IMG/VR virus record: IMGVR_UViG_3300032321_000388
Location: 1 to 64,000 of that record
DNA: 64,000 bases
Strand: one strand, 5' to 3'
Source of the DNA: a virus
Lineage: Duplodnaviria > Caudoviricetes
Made by a program: the position numbers and the translations under genes. The notes beneath the pieces were generated by a model, which was given only the letters and a program-made list of their open reading frames with translations, did no database searches and was not told where the DNA came from. Each line of letters begins with the position of its first letter. Position 1 is the first letter of the stretch. Positions 37,009 through 46,415 of this stretch are shown piece by piece.

Positions 37009-37121
37009 TGGATTTAGGTTTGCAAAAGAATAGAGATAAGTTACTTTGTACCTATAGAGAAGTATTCATAGGATTTCTATTAGGAGTATTTGCAGGGTTT
37101 ATACTAGCATGGATGATTTAG
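37008..37121 (+). CDS. 37-aa membrane peptide (missing from the ORF track)
   Basis: MDLGLQKNRDKLLCTYREVFIGFLLGVFAGFILAWMI; coupled start with AGGAG upstream. Confidence 0.45.
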   Translation: MDLGLQKNRDKLLCTYREVFIGFLLGVFAGFILAWMI

Positions 37122-37378
37122 CGGACTTAGTAAACAAGTACGGGTTTCCCATTATTGCAGCAGGCGGATTAGGGTATTTTGTCTACTATATTTGGAAATG
37201 GGTAACTGAAGAAATTGATCCTGTTATAAGTGAATCTAATAAAGTTTTAATTGAACTAATCGATCGTATCAGAATGCTTGATAACGACTTGATTAGACTC
37301 AATCAAAAAGTGAACGTTATTTTGTCTTTAAGAGAGAGGGAACAAAATGAGGCTCACAACAAGGATACTAAGTCTTAG
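37109..37378 (+). CDS. small membrane protein (GFPI motif)
   Basis: Paralog of 36730..37008. Confidence 0.7.
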   Translation: MDDLADLVNKYGFPIIAAGGLGYFVYYIWKWVTEEIDPVISESNKVLIELIDRIRMLDNDLIRLNQKVNVILSLREREQNEAHNKDTKS

Positions 37379-37799
37379 TATTTTATTGACAGGTTTTGCT
37401 GTTCAAGCACAACCACTTCCAGATTATACATTCAAGAGTCCATCATTTAATGGTAATGGATACTCTTCGCATATCCTTACAATCGAGAACCAAGAGCATT
37501 CTCGTAAAGAGCAAGTAAAGAAAGATATTCAAGCTGCTCTTGATAAAGTAAAGAATGATAAAAATAATACTAACATATCTAAGTTCCTTAATAACTTAGA
37601 ATCTCGTATATATGCACAGATTTCTCAGAACGTGGCGACAGCTATGTTTGCAGATGGTGGCAGTACTTCAGGCACATTAAACTTTGAAGGCAACATCATC
37701 AATTGGAGTAGAAGCTCTACTGAGATTACACTTAATGTGACTGACTACGTAGGTAGTAATACATCAATATCAATACCATTAGGATCATTTCAATTCTAA
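37347..37799 (+). CDS. csgF: curli assembly protein CsgF-like
   Basis: Signal peptide, then YTFKSPSFNG...ENQ; upstream of csgG. Confidence 0.75.
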   Translation: MRLTTRILSLSILLTGFAVQAQPLPDYTFKSPSFNGNGYSSHILTIENQEHSRKEQVKKDIQAALDKVKNDKNNTNISKFLNNLESRIYAQISQNVATAMFADGGSTSGTLNFEGNIINWSRSSTEITLNVTDYVGSNTSISIPLGSFQF

Positions 37800-38620
37800 T
37801 GAAACATTTATTAATAATTATATCGCTTCTAGTCTTGACTGGTTGCGCTGGATCTACTGTAATTAGAGATGTAGATAAACCTCTTATCTCTAAAAATTTG
37901 ATGCAAAAAGAATTCGACATGCTTCCTGGCCCTCATGGCAAGAAGGTATCGGTTGCTGTATATAGTTTTGCTGATAAGACTGGACAGAGAAAGCCCAGTG
38001 CTAACATAGCACAACTATCGACAGCAGTTACTCAAGGGGCTGACGCGTTCCTCATCAAGGCATTACAAGATGTGGGTAAAGGTCAGTGGTTTGATGTTGT
38101 CGAACGAGTTGGCTTGGATAGTCTAACTAAAGAGCGTCAGCTGATTCGCCAAATGCGCGAAGCTTACGAGGGTGACAAAGCCAAGCCTTTATCTCCTATG
38201 ATGTTTGCTGGTATCATATTAGAAGGCGGTATCGTAGGTTATGATTCATCAACAAGATCTGGTGGATCTGCGATGAGGATGTTGGGTATTGGCCCACAGA
38301 CACAATATTCTGAGGATATAGTAACTATCAGCTTACGAGCTGTTAGCGTGAATACAGGAAAAGTTTTAGTATCAGTTACTGTGCAGAAGACAGTTTATTC
38401 TGCAGCTGATAGCTTAGCGATATTGAAGTTCGTTAAGAATGGAACACAGGCATTTGAATTCGAGACGGGTTTAACTATCAACGAGCCAGGTACATTAGCT
38501 GTTAAAGCTGCTGTTGAGGCTGCAGTTGTTGAATTGATTAAAGAAGGAGAGAAGAAAGGTGTATGGGATTTCTCATATCCTTATGTTGCTCCAGAAAATA
38601 AACAAGAGGAGACAAAATAG
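37799..38620 (+). CDS. csgG: curli secretion channel CsgG-like lipoprotein
   Basis: LTGC lipobox, VAVYSF.DKTGQRKP, STAVTQGA, WFDVVERVGL..LTKERQLIR. Confidence 0.9.
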   Translation: MKHLLIIISLLVLTGCAGSTVIRDVDKPLISKNLMQKEFDMLPGPHGKKVSVAVYSFADKTGQRKPSANIAQLSTAVTQGADAFLIKALQDVGKGQWFDVVERVGLDSLTKERQLIRQMREAYEGDKAKPLSPMMFAGIILEGGIVGYDSSTRSGGSAMRMLGIGPQTQYSEDIVTISLRAVSVNTGKVLVSVTVQKTVYSAADSLAILKFVKNGTQAFEFETGLTINEPGTLAVKAAVEAAVVELIKEGEKKGVWDFSYPYVAPENKQEETK

Positions 38621-39403
38621 ATGAACAACTATTTAAAACTAATGGTTGCGATGATATTTTCGGCGTCTGCATTCGCAGCAGACAATAGTATTTACATTGA
38701 CCAATCAGGTGATAATTCTACAATTGACATTACACAGACTGGTGCAGGCAACGTAGTGCGTGGTATACAAGGTGTTGGTTCAAGTAATACAACGCCAGCT
38801 AAGATCTATGGTAATAATAATGCTATAGACATTAGGCAAATTGGTTCTACTAATACATTAAGTCTTGGTGTTAATGCATCTACCGCAACTGGTAGAGCTT
38901 ATGGTATTGACTTAACATACTACGTGACTGGTAATTCTGGTACTGCTGTTATTAACAGTAATAATGCTGGAACAGGTACTTCTGGATCTAACTTTATTGA
39001 CGTAAGACAAACAGGTAACTCTGCTAATCTTAACTTAAACATCTTAGGTTCTAAGAATGACTTTACTGCTGTAACATCTGGTGGTTCTGGTAACAGTATC
39101 ATATCAACTATCAATGCTGACAGTACAGTTAATAACATATCAATGACGGGTGGCGGTAGCAATACACTTACTCAAACTATTACAAGTAATAAAGCAACAA
39201 ATAATATTACTGTTCTTGGTGCAAGTAATGGTATTGTATTAACACAGTCTGGTACAGCTGGAACTAATGGTCACGCATTTACACTTGACTTAACCGGTTC
39301 AAGCAATACATTAAACGTAACACAATCAGGTACTATCGATACCACAGTGAACTTACTTAGTATTGGTAGTGGTAATGCATGGAATATAACAACCGGAAAC
39401 TAA
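38621..39403 (+). CDS. curlin-like secreted repeat protein
   Basis: Signal peptide; G/N/S/T-rich repeats (IxQxGxxN). Confidence 0.7.
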   Translation: MNNYLKLMVAMIFSASAFAADNSIYIDQSGDNSTIDITQTGAGNVVRGIQGVGSSNTTPAKIYGNNNAIDIRQIGSTNTLSLGVNASTATGRAYGIDLTYYVTGNSGTAVINSNNAGTGTSGSNFIDVRQTGNSANLNLNILGSKNDFTAVTSGGSGNSIISTINADSTVNNISMTGGGSNTLTQTITSNKATNNITVLGASNGIVLTQSGTAGTNGHAFTLDLTGSSNTLNVTQSGTIDTTVNLLSIGSGNAWNITTGN

Positions 39404-39404
39404 A

Positions 39405-39725
39405 ATGAAAACTATATTATTTTTGTTAGTTATAGTAATTAGTTTTTTAGCAGTATCAAAAGAAGTTAAAAAGTTACATTATAATTATAATGATAAAGTT
39501 ACAATTTGGATAAGCAACGAAGAGTGTCCATTACCGCAATTTATTAAACAATTTCCATGGAAAGTAGAAGCAATTCGTTCTGATGGAGATATCATGATAG
39601 GTTGTTTTAATGGAGAAAATAATACAGTAACTATTCAATGGAATGGCGGAGATAAAAGCATGTTTCCAGCAGATTATTTTTTATATAATACATCCAGTGA
39701 AGCACTTCCTAAAAATAATCTATAA
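39405..39725 (+). CDS. secreted hypothetical protein
   Basis: Signal peptide; two Cys. Confidence 0.55.
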   Translation: MKTILFLLVIVISFLAVSKEVKKLHYNYNDKVTIWISNEECPLPQFIKQFPWKVEAIRSDGDIMIGCFNGENNTVTIQWNGGDKSMFPADYFLYNTSSEALPKNNL

Positions 39726-40818
39726 GGTATTATTACTATTAGTAGCTACAAATTCATATGCTGCAATAGGAACTATTACTGAACAAAGTAATACCGCTCC
39801 TAGCATAACGCGAAAGAGCGGTACACTTTCAGGCACAAAAGGTATAGGCGTTGAAATGTCTGATACCATCAAAACAACTCAAGGTAAAGTAGGTATTACC
39901 TTTGAAGATAAAACAAAAGTAGATATCACAGAGAACTCTAAGCTAGTCATAGATGAGTTTGTCTATGATCCAAATTCTAAGAAAGGCGGCAAGTTAGCAG
40001 TTAACATTGCGCTTGGTACTGTACGATATGCATCCGGTCAAATTGCTAAGAACAACCCACAAGCGGTTGCAATTAATACTCCTACGGCTACTGTCGCTGT
40101 CCGTGGTACAGATTTTACTGCAACTGTTGATGAGCTAGGTAGATCCACGTTCATCTTACTGCCGTCATGTCCTAAAGGATGGGTTGATGTAGAACGAGAC
40201 TGTAAGACTGGTAAGATTGAAGTCATCACAGACGAAGGTAAAGTTATACTAGATAAACCATTCCAAGCTACGAGAGTAGAATCAAAAGAAACTCGCCCAT
40301 TTAGACCAGTCATTGTTAACTTAACAGAAGACATGATTAATAATCTATTAGTATTATCTCCTCCTAAAGAACTAAGAGAGTCTGATGCTGATAAACATAA
40401 GAATAAAACTGAAGCAAAAGGTGCATTAGATGTAGACTTCCTTGCAGAGAATAAACTTGTGGATGTACTAGCTAAGCAAGACAAAGAGATGTACCAAGAT
40501 AAGTTATCTCGCAACCTATTAGATAACGACTTCCTTGCAAACGTATTAGACATCATCAATGCTCAGTTAGCAGCACAGCTAGACTTATTAGGTAAGACAA
40601 AGAGCGGTTTATTACCAGACTATGTTCCAACTTCAGGAGTTACAGTTGAGGTTGATGATCTACAAGTAACTTTATGTCGTGAAGGCAACGGTGATACACA
40701 ATGTATTACAACTCCAAAGAATCAAAACACTACTGTGACACAAACACAGGGACCAGTAGAGATTAAGAATAGGATTAATAATGGTGGGAGTACAATAATA
40801 AATGCTACGCAGAATTAG
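39697..40818 (+). CDS. FecR-domain periplasmic protein
   Basis: ITF.D.T...ITENSKLVIDEFVYDP, TPTATVAVRGTDF; signal-peptide-like start. Confidence 0.8.
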   Translation: MKHFLKIIYKVLLLLVATNSYAAIGTITEQSNTAPSITRKSGTLSGTKGIGVEMSDTIKTTQGKVGITFEDKTKVDITENSKLVIDEFVYDPNSKKGGKLAVNIALGTVRYASGQIAKNNPQAVAINTPTATVAVRGTDFTATVDELGRSTFILLPSCPKGWVDVERDCKTGKIEVITDEGKVILDKPFQATRVESKETRPFRPVIVNLTEDMINNLLVLSPPKELRESDADKHKNKTEAKGALDVDFLAENKLVDVLAKQDKEMYQDKLSRNLLDNDFLANVLDIINAQLAAQLDLLGKTKSGLLPDYVPTSGVTVEVDDLQVTLCREGNGDTQCITTPKNQNTTVTQTQGPVEIKNRINNGGSTIINATQN

Positions 40819-42082
40819 TTATTTTATTTTAGGCTTACTCCTAGGCGCAGTAATAGCAATCTTTTGGGCGTCTAACGCCAATGCAATTGAATACTCTCCA
40901 AATGGAACCTCAGGATTAAATCTTGTTTATAATGGTAATGATGATGATAATGCTTATACTGTCAATCTGCCTTGGAGCATTAATTTTTTAGGTACTAACT
41001 ACAATCGTGTTTATGTTGGTACTAATGGCTATATTACTTTTTCCTCACCAAACTCCACCTATTATGGATTCTCTGCGTCTAATCCGGCCGGCCCACACAT
41101 AAGCATATATCCAGGAGACCGTAGGTTATATAAATTGTATTATGCTCAAATAGGAGCTGGTACTGCTCAAGCACGATTTGTTATTAGAGCAGAGGGTGTT
41201 GATTATTCCAATGGTGCAATTACTCATATATGGGAAGTTCATTTTTACCCAGGTACAAGTTATTTTGATATTTACTTTGTGGATGCACCATCATCAGGTA
41301 ATGCAGGAACTGCAGGCATTAGTAATGGATCTGCTTATGTCTTAACTTATACCACAACTGAATCAACAGGTATTCGTATTAATGCTAATGGAACTCTTAG
41401 TGTTGCCGCTCCAGAATATAGTTCATCTATTACTAATTCACAAACTACCCGTAAGAATTCTGAAACTGCTCAAAGAAATGCACAGTCAGGAAACGAGATA
41501 CAAATACAACAAATAGGCGATAATAATAACTTCACTATAAGGCAAGGTGCAACTATATCAGGAAAAAATAGGATTGAGTTATATTCTAATGGTAACTATA
41601 ATACACTTAACTTAAATCAAGGTTATACAACATCAGGAACAGTATCAGCAGGAGACAGCAACGACCACTATCTTAACTTAAATTTGATGGGTAATACTAA
41701 TACAGTAACTACTCAACAGACTGGTACAAGCAACTTTAATGAGACTACTATAAGTGGTAACAATAATAATGTTACTAACCTTCAGCAAGGAACTGGACCT
41801 AAGGTATTATTTGAAAGCATATCAGGTAATAGTAATACAGTGACGACTAATCAGAAGGATTCTGGACAACATTACTTGGATCTTAAGTTAACTGGAAATG
41901 GTCATAATGTAGGTGTAACTCAGCAAGGTTCTGGTAATCATGCAGCTACAATTGACTTGACTAATTCAGGTGGAGCAGCAATCCTTAATCTTAATCAGTC
42001 AGGATCCACAAATCAGGTATACAGTATCCAGCAAAGCTGCGCTAATCCTGCTGGATGCTCAACTACAATAACTCAGCCATAA
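40802..42082 (+). CDS. secreted protein with a NIDO-like domain and C-terminal curlin-like repeats
   Basis: DDD...VNLPWSINFLG..Y..VYVGTNGYITF, followed by QxGxxN repeats. Confidence 0.65.
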   Translation: MLRRISYFILGLLLGAVIAIFWASNANAIEYSPNGTSGLNLVYNGNDDDNAYTVNLPWSINFLGTNYNRVYVGTNGYITFSSPNSTYYGFSASNPAGPHISIYPGDRRLYKLYYAQIGAGTAQARFVIRAEGVDYSNGAITHIWEVHFYPGTSYFDIYFVDAPSSGNAGTAGISNGSAYVLTYTTTESTGIRINANGTLSVAAPEYSSSITNSQTTRKNSETAQRNAQSGNEIQIQQIGDNNNFTIRQGATISGKNRIELYSNGNYNTLNLNQGYTTSGTVSAGDSNDHYLNLNLMGNTNTVTTQQTGTSNFNETTISGNNNNVTNLQQGTGPKVLFESISGNSNTVTTNQKDSGQHYLDLKLTGNGHNVGVTQQGSGNHAATIDLTNSGGAAILNLNQSGSTNQVYSIQQSCANPAGCSTTITQP

Positions 42083-42093
42083 TAAATAATCAT

Positions 42094-42444
42094 ATGATAC
42101 CGTTTAAATTTAAATCTAAGCACCGTAAAACATGGTTTATTGATCTTGACGGTACTATATTAAGATATAACTTACTAAAGTCTGCAGTATGTCAAGATAA
42201 GTTACTACCTGGTGTAAAAGAGTTTTGGGATACAATACCTAAAAAAGATCATATAGTTTTAATTACTGCCCGTCCTAAATATCTTAAGAAGCATACTATG
42301 AGATTCTTAGAAAAGCATGGGATTAGGTATGATGATATCCTCTTTGACTTACCAAATGGCGAACGAATACTTATAAATGATGATAAACCCGATGGTACAA
42401 AGATGTCTTTTGTATGGGCCGTAAAGCGTAATGAGGGATTTTAA
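42094..42444 (+). CDS. HAD-family phosphatase-like protein
   Basis: FIDLDGT, ITAR, INDDKP. Confidence 0.75.
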   Translation: MIPFKFKSKHRKTWFIDLDGTILRYNLLKSAVCQDKLLPGVKEFWDTIPKKDHIVLITARPKYLKKHTMRFLEKHGIRYDDILFDLPNGERILINDDKPDGTKMSFVWAVKRNEGF

Positions 42445-42448
42445 TAAT

Positions 42449-42477
42449 TTTACTTTAATTAACAATTAGGATATAAT
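42449..42477 (+). promoter_or_regulatory. early/middle promoter
   Basis: TTTACT-N17-TATAAT. Confidence 0.75.
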
Positions 42478-42482
42478 TAAAA

Positions 42483-42614
42483 ATGAAAATAAAACAACTA
42501 ATTAAAAAGATGTACAAGGCGTGTGTTGAACATAAGCCCAAAAAGGAAAAGAAACTTTGGTTTAAAGTAATGAAGAAAAGTTTACAACATAAGAAGACCC
42601 AGATTATTCAATGA
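42483..42614 (+). CDS. 43-aa basic peptide (missing from the ORF track)
   Basis: MKIKQLIKKMYKACVEHK...; ATGA-coupled to the cyclase. Confidence 0.5.
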   Translation: MKIKQLIKKMYKACVEHKPKKEKKLWFKVMKKSLQHKKTQIIQ

Positions 42615-44620
42615 AGAGATTATTATCTCCATGGCTAGCGCTCTTAACACTTGCTTTATTAGTAGGTATTAGAGCAGCAGATCCATCATTTGTGCAGTCA
42701 GTTAGGCTTAGATACTTTGATACATTAATCACAAGTAAGCAACAAACTATTTCAAAACAGGTTCATGTCGTTAATATAGATGATAAATCTATTGAACGTC
42801 TTGGGCAATTTCCATTTCCAAGGACTCAATATGCAAATATTATCGAAGATCTTTATGCCCGTGGTGCTGGTCTTGTCGTGTTTAATCTTTTTATGCCTGA
42901 TAATGACAGGTTTGGAAAAGATGCTGGATTGGTTGATACCTTTACTAGGCATCCTGTAGTATTACCACAAGTAGCAACTTCAGATAAACAAAAACCTGGA
43001 GCATTTAGACCAGGAGTATCAGAGATTGGTGGTAAAGCATCTGACTTTGTAGTAAATTATCCTGGTATCCAAGCCAATATAGAATCTTTTAACAGCCGTG
43101 CTGCTGGAATAGGAGTTGTAAATGTATTACCTGAAATTGATGGTGTTGTTCGTCGTATCCCTATGGTCGTTGCAAGTGAAGGCAAATTGTACCCCAGCAT
43201 ATCTTTGGAAACCCTCAGAGTTGCAGTCGGAGACCCAAGTTTCCAAGTCAAGTCAACTGCCACAGGAATTGAAGCAGTTAGAATCCCAAAGTTTTCTAAA
43301 ATACCAACAGATTCACTCGGTAGGATATGGGTTGACTGGTCGTCCATGCCAATTGAACATTCTCTTATGGAACTACCAAGCAAATTCGATGGAGCTATTG
43401 TTATCGTTGGACTTACTGCAAGAGGACTTAATAATCCAGTCGCCACTCCAATCGGGTCCGTATACCCGCATTATGTTCAATCTGCCGTTCTCGATACTCT
43501 TACTTCAGGAACCGTTATTTCAAGACCAGACTGGGCTGAAGGAGCAGAAGTTCTAGTAGTAATTGTTTTATCAATTCTAATAATCTTTTTATCGAGGTGG
43601 AAATATGCTATTGTCCCTATTATTGGGCTTATTGGCCTTTTATATTATGCTTCTCATTTTGCCTTTACTACTTACGGCTATCTGGTGGATTCTGTGTTTC
43701 CTATTCTCGCTTTGGGTATTGTATATGCTCATTCATATACTGTTAAGTTTATAAGCGAATTAAACCAAAAATTACAGATTAAGAAACAATTTGGTACGTA
43801 CTTAAGTCCTGCATTAGTTGAGAAGTTACAAAAGAATCCTGAGTTACTAAAACTTGGCGGAGAAACAAGAGAACTAAGCATTATGTTTACTGATGTTAGA
43901 GGATTCACTACCATATCAGAACACTATGGTGAGGATGTACAAGGCCTAACTAAGATCATGAATAGATACATGACAGCTATGACAGCTAGGATTATAGAAA
44001 ACGAAGGTACACTTGATAAGTACATCGGTGATGCACAGATGGCATTTTGGAATGCGCCACTAGATGATAAGGATCATGCTCTTAATGCAGTTAAAACAGG
44101 ATTGGAGATGTTAGATGACTTGGATAGATTCAACAAAGAAGTTACTAAAGAGGGAATTCCAGCGTTTGGTATGGGATTGGGTATTAATACTGGCTCTGTT
44201 GTTGTCGGCAATATGGGCTCTGATCAAAGGTTTGATTACACTTGTTTGGGCGACAGTGTTAATCTTGCTTCGCGGCTTGAAGGACAAAGTAAAAACTATG
44301 GCGTTAGGATTATTTTAGGTAATAGAACTGCAGAACTTGTTAGATACAAATATGGTGTTATTGAACTAGATAACATCGCAGTGAAAGGTAAGACTGAAGG
44401 AGTTAAAGTGTTTACTATAGGTGATACTATTAATTTTAAACACGATGAATTCATTAAAGAGTATTATCGTGGTAACTGGCAACGTGCTATAGAATGGGCT
44501 AAAGAATTAGCTGAAGATGATAAAGTTACTGTTAAAGAGTATTATCATAAGATGATAGAAAGAATGGATCAAGGCCTCCCAGCAAATTGGGATGGGGTCT
44601 ATCGCGCTACAAGCAAATAA
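42611..44620 (+). CDS. CHASE2-domain class III adenylate cyclase
   Basis: CHASE2 (VVNIDDKS...FPFPR, DGVVRR), 3 TM helices, MFTDVRGFT, DKYIGDA, DYTCLGDSVNLASRLE. Confidence 0.93.
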   Translation: MKRLLSPWLALLTLALLVGIRAADPSFVQSVRLRYFDTLITSKQQTISKQVHVVNIDDKSIERLGQFPFPRTQYANIIEDLYARGAGLVVFNLFMPDNDRFGKDAGLVDTFTRHPVVLPQVATSDKQKPGAFRPGVSEIGGKASDFVVNYPGIQANIESFNSRAAGIGVVNVLPEIDGVVRRIPMVVASEGKLYPSISLETLRVAVGDPSFQVKSTATGIEAVRIPKFSKIPTDSLGRIWVDWSSMPIEHSLMELPSKFDGAIVIVGLTARGLNNPVATPIGSVYPHYVQSAVLDTLTSGTVISRPDWAEGAEVLVVIVLSILIIFLSRWKYAIVPIIGLIGLLYYASHFAFTTYGYLVDSVFPILALGIVYAHSYTVKFISELNQKLQIKKQFGTYLSPALVEKLQKNPELLKLGGETRELSIMFTDVRGFTTISEHYGEDVQGLTKIMNRYMTAMTARIIENEGTLDKYIGDAQMAFWNAPLDDKDHALNAVKTGLEMLDDLDRFNKEVTKEGIPAFGMGLGINTGSVVVGNMGSDQRFDYTCLGDSVNLASRLEGQSKNYGVRIILGNRTAELVRYKYGVIELDNIAVKGKTEGVKVFTIGDTINFKHDEFIKEYYRGNWQRAIEWAKELAEDDKVTVKEYYHKMIERMDQGLPANWDGVYRATSK

Positions 44621-45339
44621 TGCGATTCTTAGTTTTACTTCTATTAGCATTCAATTGCTATGGCGATGATTTAACCGCAAAATCATGGCTAATAGCTGAT
44701 CAAAATGGTAAAATCATTGATGGTCAACACACAAGCGATGTTCGTCCTATTGCATCAATCACAAAACTACTCACCGCAATAGTTATACTAGAATCTGGTG
44801 TCAACATGCAAGAAGACATAAACACAGAAGCTTTTGGTTCTGTATCAAGACACGAGCTACTTAATATGGCTATAGTCAGAAGTAATAATCCAGCGGCCAT
44901 ATTACTATGTGATTCATATCCAAGTGGATATAAGTCTTGTGTTAATAGAATGAACGAAAAGCTTCAAGAACTTGGAATGATTAATAGTAAAGTATATGAT
45001 TCATCTGGTTTAGATCCAAGAAATAAAAGCACAGCGGAAGAACTTATTAAACTAGTAAAAGAATCATCAAAATATCCTGAGATCATATCGGCGTCTTCTC
45101 AATCAGGAGTAGAAGTAAAGATTAGAAAGAAATGGATATTCTTTAGAAACACTAATCCTCTAATAGGTACTAGACAGGATATCTTAGTTAGTAAAACCGG
45201 GTGGACCCGGCGAGCTGGCGGGTGTTTAGTGATGTATCTATCAACAGACCGAGGTTATCGAACCGTGGTCGTCCTAGGAAGTCTCAATACTCATACCAGA
45301 GTGCCTGAAGCTGAATTTATTGCTCAAAATTATCAATAA
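44620..45339 (+). CDS. D-Ala-D-Ala peptidase family S11 (PbpG/DacA-like)
   Basis: Signal peptide; SITK, SNN and KTG motifs. Confidence 0.88.
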   Translation: MRFLVLLLLAFNCYGDDLTAKSWLIADQNGKIIDGQHTSDVRPIASITKLLTAIVILESGVNMQEDINTEAFGSVSRHELLNMAIVRSNNPAAILLCDSYPSGYKSCVNRMNEKLQELGMINSKVYDSSGLDPRNKSTAEELIKLVKESSKYPEIISASSQSGVEVKIRKKWIFFRNTNPLIGTRQDILVSKTGWTRRAGGCLVMYLSTDRGYRTVVVLGSLNTHTRVPEAEFIAQNYQ

Positions 45340-45365
45340 AAACGTTTACAATAAAAACGTTTACA
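45334..45365 (+). repeat. 15-bp tandem duplication CAATAAAAACGTTTA x2
   Basis: Exact direct repeat overlapping a promoter -35 box. Confidence 0.85.
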
Positions 45366-45388
45366 TTAATTCTTTTATTTGATATAAT
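45360..45388 (+). promoter_or_regulatory. early promoter with A-rich UP element
   Basis: TTTACA-N17-TATAAT. Confidence 0.8.
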
Positions 45389-45422
45389 GTTCTTACAGTA
45401 ATTAATTAAATGGAGAGATTAA

Positions 45423-45836
45423 ATGACTTACTTAACTAAAAACGCAACAGTAGAAATTCTTAAAGACAAATATAATCCAAATACCAATCAAGGTCAGTTT
45501 AACCGTAGAGGCGTAGCAGTTCTAGCTGATCAGCCTCATGAATTTTACTTTGATGAAACTAACAGCGACCTTGGTCCTGTAGTTCGTTGGGTATCATCAG
45601 ACAATATCGTTCCAGGCGATATCTTAGAAATGGCTGTTGCTGATGGAGTAATTCAATTATCTGATCTACAAAACTCTTTAGAAGCTCGTGAAATTGAGGA
45701 TGCTAAATTCTTAGCTCAATATGTTGCAAATCGTCAAAAGTATGGCTACTCAGACGAAGAAAAGTTTGAGATGATGGCTACTTTCGGTGGCGAAGAGGTT
45801 GTGGATGTTTTAACTGGCCAAACTATTCAATACTAG
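45423..45836 (+). CDS. hypothetical early protein
   Basis: GGAG SD; downstream of an early promoter. Confidence 0.7.
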   Translation: MTYLTKNATVEILKDKYNPNTNQGQFNRRGVAVLADQPHEFYFDETNSDLGPVVRWVSSDNIVPGDILEMAVADGVIQLSDLQNSLEAREIEDAKFLAQYVANRQKYGYSDEEKFEMMATFGGEEVVDVLTGQTIQY

Positions 45837-45845
45837 GAGAAAATC

Positions 45846-46187
45846 ATGGGAAAATTTAAAAATTCTTTAATTGATGAAACTCCAGGAGAAAATCGAATGA
45901 CAATTACCAAAGCATCAAATGCTACAGGTACTTCTCTCCAAGGTCATATAGAAACTACCTATGAAGAACTAGTAAAAGTATTTGGTAAACCTAATATTGG
46001 TCCAGATGCTCAAGAAGATAAGACAACTTGTGAATGGTGTTTATGGATCGAAGGTACATTAGTTACCATCTATGATTGGAAGACTGACCATACGCCAATA
46101 AATACGTATTCTTGGCATATTGGTGGTAAGAACAAAGAAGCTCCAGAATTAGTTTATGATGCTTTCTTTCAATCTAAGGCTATATAA
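45846..46187 (+). CDS. hypothetical early protein
   Basis: AGGAG SD; TYEELV.VFG.P, TIYDWK, WHIGG. Confidence 0.7.
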   Translation: MGKFKNSLIDETPGENRMTITKASNATGTSLQGHIETTYEELVKVFGKPNIGPDAQEDKTTCEWCLWIEGTLVTIYDWKTDHTPINTYSWHIGGKNKEAPELVYDAFFQSKAI

Positions 46188-46194
46188 CAGGTTT

Positions 46195-46350
46195 AGACTC
46201 TCAGCCAATCAATAAAATACATGCGGACACTTCCATGGAACTGCTTCCGACGGGTCAGCTACTGTTGTAACGGTAGTTCCGAGAGTCTTTTTTAAAGTGC
46301 ATTAGAGGGGTTAAACTAAGGTACCTCTATTTTACCTAGTGCACTTTAAA
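46195..46350 (+). ncRNA. candidate structured non-coding RNA
   Basis: Nested inverted repeats AGACTCTC/GAGAGTCT, GGAACT/AGTTCC, CTACTGT/ACGGTAG and TTTAAAGTGCATTAG/CTAGTGCACTTTAAA in a GC-richer, ORF-free spacer. Confidence 0.4.
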
Positions 46351-46356
46351 AATTAT

Positions 46357-46385
46357 TGTACATTAATTAGTTTTTATGATATAAT
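46357..46385 (+). promoter_or_regulatory. early/middle promoter
   Basis: TGTACA-N17-TATAAT. Confidence 0.75.
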
Positions 46386-46415
46386 GTACCTGTAAATTGA
46401 TAAAGGAGTAAAATT

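Noticed and set aside
46195-46290. tRNA gene
   Set aside because: No T-loop GTTCRA motif, cloverleaf or CCA end.
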